Source of the DNA: a virus
Taxonomy: Duplodnaviria > Caudoviricetes
DNA: 53,681 nucleotides
Reading direction: 5' to 3' (one strand)
IMG/VR virus record: IMGVR_UViG_3300025645_000098
Coordinates: 1 to 53,681 of that record
Shown here in pieces: positions 45,767-53,681 of this stretch (its first letter is position 1; every line of letters starts with the position of its first letter). Under the pieces are notes generated by a model that was not told the origin of the DNA, made no database searches, and saw only the letters and a list, made by a program, of their open reading frames with translations. The position numbers and the translations under genes are program-made.

Positions 45767-46140
45767 TGGCATTAACAAAATTTGAACTTAAAAAAGAACA
45801 CCTAATCCTATTGAAATTTTTGGATTGGGAAATGATTAGCAAAGACCGTGTTGCTACACTAATACCAGAGGGTGCTGAAACACCTTTTGGTGGTATCGAT
45901 ATCATTGAAGATATTGGTACAATGATATTCGGAAAACCAGAGGGTGAATTTGACCCGACAAGCCCATCACCACCAAGATATTCAAAAGAACAAAAAGAGG
46001 AAATTAAGGTGTTATTGGATGAATTACCAATGGCATTGGAAGTTGTGTTATTCACACAATCTTTTGAGACTGGTGTTTATGCAAGGAAATGGAACCTTAA
46101 GAATTGGAAGAATATCGATTATAAAACCCCAAAATCATGA
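45766..46140 (+). CDS. Hypothetical protein
   Basis: Coupled ORF. Confidence 0.65.
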   Translation: MALTKFELKKEHLILLKFLDWEMISKDRVATLIPEGAETPFGGIDIIEDIGTMIFGKPEGEFDPTSPSPPRYSKEQKEEIKVLLDELPMALEVVLFTQSFETGVYARKWNLKNWKNIDYKTPKS

Positions 46141-47099
46141 AAAGAGATTCAGTAATAGTAAATTTAAACAAAAGTGATAGTCTTATAAATAAGATATATG
46201 ATAAATTAGCTACTATGAGACACCATATACCATTGGGTAAAGCTAACATTCAAGTATTTTCTGATGGTGAGACATGTGTTGATTTCAAGACTTCTATGCG
46301 TGGTAAAAGAGTTTTCTTAATCACATCACCTAACACACCATTAAAGCGTGAACAACTATTCTTTGCAATTGATGCGGCCAGAAGAGCAAGTGCTATTGAG
46401 ATTATCCCAATTATACCATATTTTCCATATGCTAGACAAGATAAACGTGACCAAAGACGTGGACCAATAGGTGCAAGGGTATTTGCTGATATATTACAAG
46501 AAGCTGGCGCAACATCAATCATTACATTTGATTTACACTCTGACCAAATTGAAGGATTCTTCAAAATACCTGTGATTCATTTAAGAGGTAAGTATTTATT
46601 CTCTAAATATATACATGATACAAGCGATTCTAATACGGTATTATGTTCTCCTGATGCTGGTGGATTAAAACGTGTTAAAAAGATAAGAGACCGTATTTAT
46701 GAGAAGTACAACAACAAGCTACCATTTATTTCAATAGATAAAACTAGAACACAAGCTAATAAAACAGACAACGTTGAAATATTAGGTGATGTTAAAGGTA
46801 AAAATGTATTGATGATTGATGATATGTGTGATACTGGTGGGACTCTAATCAAAGGTGCTGACGCATTACTTGAAGCTGGCGCAACATCAGTTAGAGTATT
46901 GGTTACTCACGCTGTATTGAGTGGTGAAGCAAGTCTTAATATTGGTGCATCCAAAATTAGTGAATTTATATGTTCAGATTCATTAATTTATAAAGGTATT
47001 GGGTCTGACATGGATGGAAAATTAAATATAATATCAACTGCTTCTGACATAGCTGATGCTATTGTTAGTATCAATGTGGATGGAAGTATTCATAGATAA
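46137..47099 (+). CDS. prs: Ribose-phosphate pyrophosphokinase
   Basis: FSDGE, PYFPYARQDKR, DLHSDQI, SPDAGG, IDDMCDTGGT. Confidence 0.93.
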   Translation: MKRDSVIVNLNKSDSLINKIYDKLATMRHHIPLGKANIQVFSDGETCVDFKTSMRGKRVFLITSPNTPLKREQLFFAIDAARRASAIEIIPIIPYFPYARQDKRDQRRGPIGARVFADILQEAGATSIITFDLHSDQIEGFFKIPVIHLRGKYLFSKYIHDTSDSNTVLCSPDAGGLKRVKKIRDRIYEKYNNKLPFISIDKTRTQANKTDNVEILGDVKGKNVLMIDDMCDTGGTLIKGADALLEAGATSVRVLVTHAVLSGEASLNIGASKISEFICSDSLIYKGIGSDMDGKLNIISTASDIADAIVSINVDGSIHR

Positions 47100-47310
47100 A
47101 ATTTATGGCAATATATAAATTAAAGGTGTTATATAATACCGCTTTGAGAAGAGGTTTTAGTGATGATGGGCAATATTTTAAAGTAGATGTCGAGGCAAGT
47201 TATTATGAATTAGAACATAATTCCATAGTGTTTTATGATAAAGTAAATTATGTTAGAACACCAGTAGCTGTTTATCCAGCAAATAATACAATAATTGAAT
47301 CAATAGAATA

Positions 47311-48246
47311 ATGAAATTAAATAACTTATATGGCGTTTCAGCCCAAATGAAAGTTGGCAAAGATTTAATAGGTGAAATGTTACTTTACATAACTGAAACG
47401 GTTGGACGAGGTGAAGAAGTATCGTTTGAAGGGTTTGAAAATTATTTACCATTTAACGCTACTTATGAGATTAAGAAATGTGCCGACAAACTTAAAGATT
47501 GTGTATGTTTGATATTGGGTTGCACCAGAGCACAACTTGAGGACCAAGACTTTAAGAATAAAGAATTGGGACCTGATTGGGTATTATATAGATTAAACAC
47601 AGTTTGGTTTCCAGAAACATTAGACTCTGAAAGAATGGATGAGAATAGGGAAAGTGTTATCTATGGTGCTTATGAAGAAGCCTTTTGTGACGGTGAACGT
47701 GAACGTACATATTTTACAGTTGACAAGCCAACGTTTGGTAATTCTTCGGAGTTAACTTATTCAATTGAAAAAGAGTTTTTAACACCTAGAAAAATATTAC
47801 AAATATTAGGTACTCAAGGTGGTAGAATGTTAATCCATCCCAACATATGGGTTAACGCATTATTTAGTGATTATAACCCAGAACACACTTGGGATGACTC
47901 TAAGTGGAATAATCCAATATCTAAATGGATAATTACAGATGTTAGATTTCCAGCCAATGAAGGACAAGCTGTTTTAAAAAGAGGTGGTCTTATGATTGGG
48001 GTTAGAAGACATTTCGCATTAAGATTTCCTGAATATGTACATTTAGTTAATGAAGAACAACCATATAGAATACCAGTACAATTAAGAGTTGAAAACCATG
48101 AATTATATAATAATCTAACACATGAATCAGAAAGTGAGATGGGTGACCATTCTTGGTGTGATGTGGTAATAGAAAATAATGGAACAATCGAAGAATTATT
48201 TAATAACGTTTTAAACGCAGTACAATGTCAAAAAGAATTATTATAA
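47311..48246 (+). CDS. Deoxynucleoside monophosphate kinase (T4 gp1-like)
   Basis: GKD, ADKLKD, TPRKILQILGT, ITDVRF, HESE, IENNGTIEEL. Confidence 0.8.
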   Translation: MKLNNLYGVSAQMKVGKDLIGEMLLYITETVGRGEEVSFEGFENYLPFNATYEIKKCADKLKDCVCLILGCTRAQLEDQDFKNKELGPDWVLYRLNTVWFPETLDSERMDENRESVIYGAYEEAFCDGERERTYFTVDKPTFGNSSELTYSIEKEFLTPRKILQILGTQGGRMLIHPNIWVNALFSDYNPEHTWDDSKWNNPISKWIITDVRFPANEGQAVLKRGGLMIGVRRHFALRFPEYVHLVNEEQPYRIPVQLRVENHELYNNLTHESESEMGDHSWCDVVIENNGTIEELFNNVLNAVQCQKELL

Positions 48247-49433
48247 TTGGAGGTGGAACTTTTCAGGCGATTAGGAATCATTTAGCTCTAGCCGCACCAG
48301 CATTTGGTATTACAGCTAGACAAATACATAGTCATTTAGATGGGTCAGAATTACATTTAACTAAAATGTGTAATTGGACATCACCATTAGTTACAAATGA
48401 AGATGTTGAAAATTTCATTGACGAATTACTATTAGATAAAACAGTTGGAACAATAATTCTTAACGCTGCTTTATGTGATTATAAAGCTTTACCAATTGAT
48501 GATAATAATGGGTGGCATGGTAAACGTTTAAAGACTAGTGATGGTAATATTACCATCGAGTTAACCCCTACTGACAAAATCATAGGAAAGATTCGTAAAG
48601 CACGTCCTGATATCTTCCTTGTAGGTTTTAAAACCACTACAAATGAAACATCTGAAAATCAATTTTTAATTGCATTAAAGATGATGAAGAAAACTAAGTG
48701 TAATTTAGTATTAGCTAATGATACAGTTACTAGAAACAACATGATAATTACACCAGAAGAAACGATTTATGGTGAAACTATTCTTAGATATTCAGTTATC
48801 AAGGAGTTATGTGAAATGATATTAGATAGACATAGATTAACATATAAAGGGGGTGAGTTTATTGAAAATACAAGCGTTCCCTTTGATAATGCACCTAAAA
48901 GCTTTCAGGAGGTTATGAATTTCCTAATTGATAATGGTGGTTATATTGAAAATAATGGAAATGGATTTACTCCAGGTCATTTTGGTTATCGTCAAGAACC
49001 ATATAGCACTAATTTCGTGTCATCACAAAGAGGTGTGAATCATAATGAAGTTAGAGAAAATGGAATGACTGGTGTTTTTATAGATGAAGAGAGTGATAGT
49101 TTCGTTTATATGGGTGATAAAAAAGCTTCAGTAGGAGCTAGAAGTCAAGCGTTATTACTTAAAGAGAATCCTGAATATGATTTTATTATTCATACTCATA
49201 ATCCACTTAAAGAAGGTAGTTTAATCCCAACTACACCACAAAAACCATTTCAGTGTGGCTCAATGGAATGTGGTATTAATACATTGAATAACATGGGAAG
49301 TTTTGATAACGGTATGAAAGCTGTATTCTTAGAAAAGCATGGAATTAATTTATTATTCAAAACCACAACAAAATCAGAGGACGTTATTAACTTCCTTAAA
49401 GATAATATAGAATTAGGAATAAAAATAAGATAA
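48225..49433 (+). CDS. CoaB-like domain fused to class II aldolase-like domain
   Basis: GGGT..IR, AALCDY, LVGFK, LVLAND; C-terminal IIHTHNP and LEKHG. Confidence 0.65.
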   Translation: MSKRIIIIGGGTFQAIRNHLALAAPAFGITARQIHSHLDGSELHLTKMCNWTSPLVTNEDVENFIDELLLDKTVGTIILNAALCDYKALPIDDNNGWHGKRLKTSDGNITIELTPTDKIIGKIRKARPDIFLVGFKTTTNETSENQFLIALKMMKKTKCNLVLANDTVTRNNMIITPEETIYGETILRYSVIKELCEMILDRHRLTYKGGEFIENTSVPFDNAPKSFQEVMNFLIDNGGYIENNGNGFTPGHFGYRQEPYSTNFVSSQRGVNHNEVRENGMTGVFIDEESDSFVYMGDKKASVGARSQALLLKENPEYDFIIHTHNPLKEGSLIPTTPQKPFQCGSMECGINTLNNMGSFDNGMKAVFLEKHGINLLFKTTTKSEDVINFLKDNIELGIKIR

Positions 49434-49559
49434 TGAGTTTATATATCAAATTTTAATAAGAAAATTGTTAGTAAAAAAGATGAATTTAACAGTCTTTTTA
49501 CTTATTTTTTGATATTTATAGTACACGCAATTAACAAAACAATTTAAACGTCTTAACCT

Positions 49560-49841
49560 ATGAAAATACTAGTAATAATGGGTGGTGATGGACACTTCCA
49601 TGCCGCTCATCCCACTGATAGACCAGCAGTTTTAACCCTAATTAAAAAAATCCATAATGGTGATTATTTTAATGATTTCATTAATGATAATAATCTCCAA
49701 ATTAAAAGTGATTTATCAGAATATTGCTGTAAAGATTGGAATAAATTAATTCAACAATTTATTCAAAGGGGTACATTAGAATATGTGACTTTGAGTGACA
49801 CAATTCCAACGGGTTGTCAATGTGTCACAAAAAATAATTGA
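49560..49841 (+). CDS. Hypothetical protein
   Basis: ORF after a TATTTAT motif at 49513. Confidence 0.6.
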   Translation: MKILVIMGGDGHFHAAHPTDRPAVLTLIKKIHNGDYFNDFINDNNLQIKSDLSEYCCKDWNKLIQQFIQRGTLEYVTLSDTIPTGCQCVTKNN

Positions 49842-49904
49842 TTAATGTTTATTAAATCAAATAAAAGGTGTATATTTGCACTTTAACCTAAATTAATTTT
49901 AAAT

Positions 49905-50426
49905 ATGAATATAGAATCGATAATAAAAGTTGTAGTTATAGATTTTGATGGAACTCTTATAGATACAACAATGCCTGAAGTTGGTAAAAAAATGTGGAAA
50001 GATGCTACTGGTGAAGATTTCCCACACAAAGGGTGGTGGGGTAAAAGAGAATCTTTAGATATTAATATTTTCCCTAACGAAACTTTTGGTGATATTGTCA
50101 GTGTATTTAATAAGGTCAAATCCGACCCAAATACCTTTGTTGCTTTATGCACGGGTAGAATTACGCCATTAGCTAATCAAGTTAATGCTATTTTAAATAA
50201 ACATAATTTAAAGTTTGACGATGTAGTATTAACTGGTGATAAAAGATTTAATAATGGTGCTAATAATACATTAACATTTAAAATAAATTATCTTAATTCA
50301 TTAAAAGACCAATTTCCTAATTTGAAAGAGGTTGAATTTTACGATGACCGTAGAGAGCATCATGATACTTTTGTACAGTGGGGTAAGCTCCAACCATTTA
50401 CTGTGAAAGTTCATTTAGTGCACTAA
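49905..50426 (+). CDS. HAD phosphatase (Swiss Army Knife RNA-repair-like)
   Basis: DFDGTL, GWW, CTGR, FK, FYDDR. Confidence 0.8.
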   Translation: MNIESIIKVVVIDFDGTLIDTTMPEVGKKMWKDATGEDFPHKGWWGKRESLDINIFPNETFGDIVSVFNKVKSDPNTFVALCTGRITPLANQVNAILNKHNLKFDDVVLTGDKRFNNGANNTLTFKINYLNSLKDQFPNLKEVEFYDDRREHHDTFVQWGKLQPFTVKVHLVH

Positions 50427-50431
50427 ATATT

Positions 50432-50516
50432 TGTGACGTATATGGTAATAGCAAAACTGGCTAGAATACCCTGTAATAAGGTTCATATGTTGTAGGTTCG
50501 AATCCTACCGTCACAA
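50432..50516 (+). ncRNA. tRNA-like element with non-canonical core
   Basis: Perfect TGTGACG/CGTCACA acceptor and GTAGG-TTCGAAT-CCTAC T arm; poor D and anticodon arms. Confidence 0.55.
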
Positions 50517-50548
50517 CAATAACATTTATAAAAATTACTTAACCTACT

Positions 50549-51418
50549 ATGCGAAAATTAGAAACTACTTCAGAATCTATTACTGTAAAAAGTACACAAT
50601 CAATAAAAAAATACCTATATGATTTATCACAAATACCATTATTAACGCCAGACGAAGAATACGAATTATCAGTATTAGCATTTGAAAAAAATGATGAAGA
50701 AGCTAGACAGAAATTAGTTAAACATAATTTAAGATTTGTTGTTAGTGTTGCTAAACAATATAAGACCAAGGATATTGGCCTTGAAGATTTGATTAATGAA
50801 GGGAATATTGGACTTATTAGTGCCTCTCAAAAATTTGACCCATCAAGAGGATTCAAATTTATTTCTTATGCTGTATGGTGGATTAGAAGAAATATATTAG
50901 CATTTATTACAGAAAATTCTGAAACAGTTAGAATACCAAGCAATAGAAGTTCTACCAATTATAAAATTGGTCAAAAATGTAAAGAGTTAGAACAAAAATT
51001 ACAACACGAAGCAACATATCACGATATTCTAAATGAATATGGTAATATGTTTAAGAAAGAAGAGGTGGCTTTTTACTTTGAAACTGTAGGTTTTAGAACT
51101 ACATCATTGGATAATCCAATTGGTGAATCTACATCATCAGATACTTATGGTTCATTGATTGAAGATGAAAAGGTTTTAAAACCAACTCACTTCGTCAATC
51201 AACTTGATAGTATCTATAATCGTGAGGTAATTTTAAATATACTTAAAGATAATTTGGAACGTGAAGTGATTAAATTCTTATTTGGTCTTGATGGAAAAGA
51301 ACCATTATCTCTAAAACATACAGCCTTTATTCTCGGTCTTTCAAGTGAGAGAATTAGACAAATAAGAGATAAGGCATTTAGAAGACTTAAAATTACCTTA
51401 AAGGATAAAAATAACTAA
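50549..51418 (+). CDS. RNA polymerase sigma-70 factor (second paralog)
   Basis: LVKHNLRFVVSVAKQY, FKFISYAVWWIR, LSSERIRQIRDKA. Confidence 0.93.
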   Translation: MRKLETTSESITVKSTQSIKKYLYDLSQIPLLTPDEEYELSVLAFEKNDEEARQKLVKHNLRFVVSVAKQYKTKDIGLEDLINEGNIGLISASQKFDPSRGFKFISYAVWWIRRNILAFITENSETVRIPSNRSSTNYKIGQKCKELEQKLQHEATYHDILNEYGNMFKKEEVAFYFETVGFRTTSLDNPIGESTSSDTYGSLIEDEKVLKPTHFVNQLDSIYNREVILNILKDNLEREVIKFLFGLDGKEPLSLKHTAFILGLSSERIRQIRDKAFRRLKITLKDKNN

Positions 51419-51460
51419 TAATTTTTTTATTCTAGATTTTTTTATTATCTTTGTCCCTAT

Positions 51461-51949
51461 ATGAAAGAACTACTTAAATATAGAAATAATTCTTATTTTA
51501 ATGCTACTGATTACTTTTTAATGTATGACTTAGCATTGAACAAATTCTTCTTGAACACTGCTGAACGTGGTGATAAAGGGGGTGCCTATTTCTCGAAATA
51601 TAGAAAAGAGATGAACTTCAAATACAAATTCTGGTATAATGAAGGACCATCACAATATAAAATGTCTTCAATACTTTGCGTTAATGCAAATGAATTAATA
51701 GGTAGGACTGTTCGATATCTACATCGAGGTAAATACGACTATCAACATAAAATCACCGATGGTGACAATACTAAATGGGTAGGCATAGAGCGAAATACTT
51801 TACGTCAAACTGATTTGTTCGGTATGATAACAAGTAACTTTGTTCTTAATGGTGTTGGAACGATACCTTTTAGTGGTCAAAGTGATAGTAAGAAAAAGTG
51901 GGGTTTCCCATATTATTTTCAAGACCCTAATTTATTGGAATTATTATAA
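51461..51949 (+). CDS. Hypothetical protein
   Basis: ORF after a TATCTTTG promoter. Confidence 0.65.
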   Translation: MKELLKYRNNSYFNATDYFLMYDLALNKFFLNTAERGDKGGAYFSKYRKEMNFKYKFWYNEGPSQYKMSSILCVNANELIGRTVRYLHRGKYDYQHKITDGDNTKWVGIERNTLRQTDLFGMITSNFVLNGVGTIPFSGQSDSKKKWGFPYYFQDPNLLELL

Positions 51950-52005
51950 TTTTTTAGGCTCTTTCCTTTATCCTCTTATATTTATAGTAAACAAAGTTAT
52001 TCAAA

Positions 52006-52386
52006 ATGAAAAAAGAAGATATTAAAAATATGCTTAGAGAAAATACCATAGAAGAATATGGTATTAAATCTCATCAATCCCCTATTCAAAAGGTAAAAAG
52101 TTCTGGTGATGCTGCAAAAGAAAATAAAACTGAGAAAATCACAAAGTTATTAGTGGGTAATGATGTTATAAATCATGCTGCGGTTGTACGTAAAATGACT
52201 GGTGAAGATTGGACTGGTAATAGTGAGGCTACTAATAGGTCTAAATTTAGAAAAAAATTAAATAAACTCACTAATGATGAAGGTGGTGCTTATTCATTTA
52301 ATGAGGATGAAGTTGGTCAAATTGAAAAGATTCTAATGGGTTTATCATCTACAATAACTAATACAATCGGTAGACAAGGGAAGTAA
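52006..52386 (+). CDS. Hypothetical protein with N-terminal IKxxLRE motif
   Basis: MKKEDIKNMLRE; TATTTAT motif upstream. Confidence 0.7.
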   Translation: MKKEDIKNMLRENTIEEYGIKSHQSPIQKVKSSGDAAKENKTEKITKLLVGNDVINHAAVVRKMTGEDWTGNSEATNRSKFRKKLNKLTNDEGGAYSFNEDEVGQIEKILMGLSSTITNTIGRQGK

Positions 52387-52387
52387 A

Positions 52388-52762
52388 TTGAATAGAAGGG
52401 ATAAAACTAAGGAAATCAAGGAAAAGATAGAACTAATACATAAAACCTTTGATGAACTTCAAGTATTAAAAGACAAGTCTAAAGAAGAATTATCAAGCAT
52501 AGATAGGGAATTATCAAATCATTATCACAATATTGAAGGTACTGAAATCGATTATATGTCAGAGTCACATATAATGATGATGAAACTAAAAGACATCTTA
52601 TATACCAGAAGGGAAGCAAAAGTTAACCATACGCTCTTAGAATCTTTCATTACTGCAATGGAAAGAAGTATGGAGAAAACCAAAAAACGATACGTTGAGA
52701 TTCTCAACAAACATGATGAAATAATTCAAGAGATTATTAATAGGTCAAAAGAAAAAAAATGA
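52388..52762 (+). CDS. Coiled-coil hypothetical protein
   Basis: DRELSNHYHNIE...RREAK. Confidence 0.65.
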   Translation: MNRRDKTKEIKEKIELIHKTFDELQVLKDKSKEELSSIDRELSNHYHNIEGTEIDYMSESHIMMMKLKDILYTRREAKVNHTLLESFITAMERSMEKTKKRYVEILNKHDEIIQEIINRSKEKK

Positions 52763-52801
52763 AATCCTTGTGGGTTTCATTTTTTTTTTGTATATTTGTT
52801 A

Positions 52802-52960
52802 TTATAATTTTTGATTTGGTGATAAAAGAAGCACCAAATGGTTGCTTATGTTAGACCACATATACATTCGAGCGTATACAGACTACGGGAATAGTGGCTT
52901 TAAGTGGATGAAACTATAACTGCGGTTGAAACGTACCATTCACCAAATCATTAATTATAA
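52802..52960 (+). ncRNA. Candidate ~155-nt closed-helix RNA
   Basis: Starts right after a TATATTTG promoter; TGATTTGGTGA/TCACCAAATCA closing helix. Confidence 0.45.
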
Positions 52961-53048
52961 CGGTAAGTATAAGGTTAGTGCGCCTACCACAAACGATTGA
53001 ATTAAGCACCAACCTTCATTGGCGCATTAACTATATACAATGTTATGC
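52955..53048 (+). mobile_element. attC-like imperfect inverted repeat
   Basis: TAAC...GTATA..GTTAGTGCGCC / GGCGCATTAAC..TATAC...GTTA. Confidence 0.6.
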
Positions 53049-53066
53049 ACCGTAAATTTTAATATT

Positions 53067-53255
53067 ATGTTTGAAAAAATGACAGTAGAAGAAGCGATTG
53101 AGTATTGCTATAAACACGAAAATCAATTTAAAAGTGATATGTATAAAATTGGCGAAGATGGTGTTGAACAGTTTGGATGTCTTATAGCAATATTAGAGGG
53201 CGGAACTATCGAACCAAAAGAACTTCCTGATTACGGAATGGATTATGGTGCATAA
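53067..53255 (+). CDS. Cassette-borne hypothetical protein
   Basis: Bracketed by GTTATGCACC and GGTGCATAAC; stop codon lies inside the second motif. Confidence 0.7.
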   Translation: MFEKMTVEEAIEYCYKHENQFKSDMYKIGEDGVEQFGCLIAILEGGTIEPKELPDYGMDYGA

Positions 53256-53304
53256 CTCAGGGTATATGTGAAGTACCTTACCACAAAATTAAAAAATTAT
53301 TAAA

Positions 53305-53436
53305 ATGGAAATAACTTGGACTTACAACTTTTTAGAAACAATAGCCTTTATAGTATTGGTTATACTTGGAATATATGCACTGGTTAAATTATTAGCCTAT
53401 TTAGCTTTATGGATTTTTTGGGGCGGTGGTAGATAA
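53305..53436 (+). CDS. Small membrane peptide (43 aa)
   Basis: MEITWTYNFLETIAFIVLVILGIYALVKLLAYLALWIFWGGGR. Confidence 0.5.
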   Translation: MEITWTYNFLETIAFIVLVILGIYALVKLLAYLALWIFWGGGR

Positions 53437-53681
53437 TGATTATAACTACGCTTTGTGGTTAGCAAAATACTCTAGCTCGAAAACCAAGACCAAACGAGCA
53501 GCACAATCTTTTATAGATAAGCTAAAGTAAATTTATTACTTACAACGTTCTGAATATGGTGAAATGTTTTTATCAAACTTTAATAAAGACCATTAAACAA
53601 GTGATATGAAAAAAGAAAATTTAAATAAACACTTCACCGCACCTAAAAGAATATCACCTTTCTATTATGATATTAGAATAC

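Noticed and set aside
1133-50769. Minus-strand ORFs lying opposite longer + strand genes (e.g. 6139, 8609, 24885, 36399, 45726, 46250, 50539)
   Set aside because: Antisense shadows with no motifs; only the HNH at 16746 has independent support

Overview
AT-rich, almost entirely + strand window from a large lytic dsDNA (jumbo-type) phage of Bacteroidota, probably Flavobacteriia. Host evidence: repeated TAnnTTTG -7 promoters, Bacteroidetes-type sigma factors and T9SS-type C-termini. There are no structural or replication genes here; this is an accessory and host-takeover region. It carries two tRNA clusters (about 15 recognisable tRNAs plus many degenerate tRNA-like elements), two long structured non-coding regions (GOLLD/ROOL-like candidates), a compact RNase P RNA, and HNH and GIY-YIG endonucleases. 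Protein genes include an ABC-transporter operon, NAD+ salvage (NadM-Nudix, NAMPT, Prs), ADP-ribose erasers (ARH, NADAR, macro), RNA-repair/tRNA enzymes (KptA, Thg1, truncated GluRS, YqeY), an Acb1-like 2H phosphoesterase and two sigma-70 factors. The most unusual observations are: (1) three covarying ~80-nt tRNA-like RNAs with a non-tRNA core; (2) a leader-peptide attenuator in front of the tRNA array; (3) six tandem MNIKISKG-(Gly-X)n mini-genes in a repeat-flanked module; (4) a tRNA-Gln split by a cassette carrying a replacement tRNA-Gln plus an HNH nuclease; (5) an RNase P RNA with almost no specificity domain; (6) integron-like attC cassette signatures. All calls were made by eye; no database searches were run.
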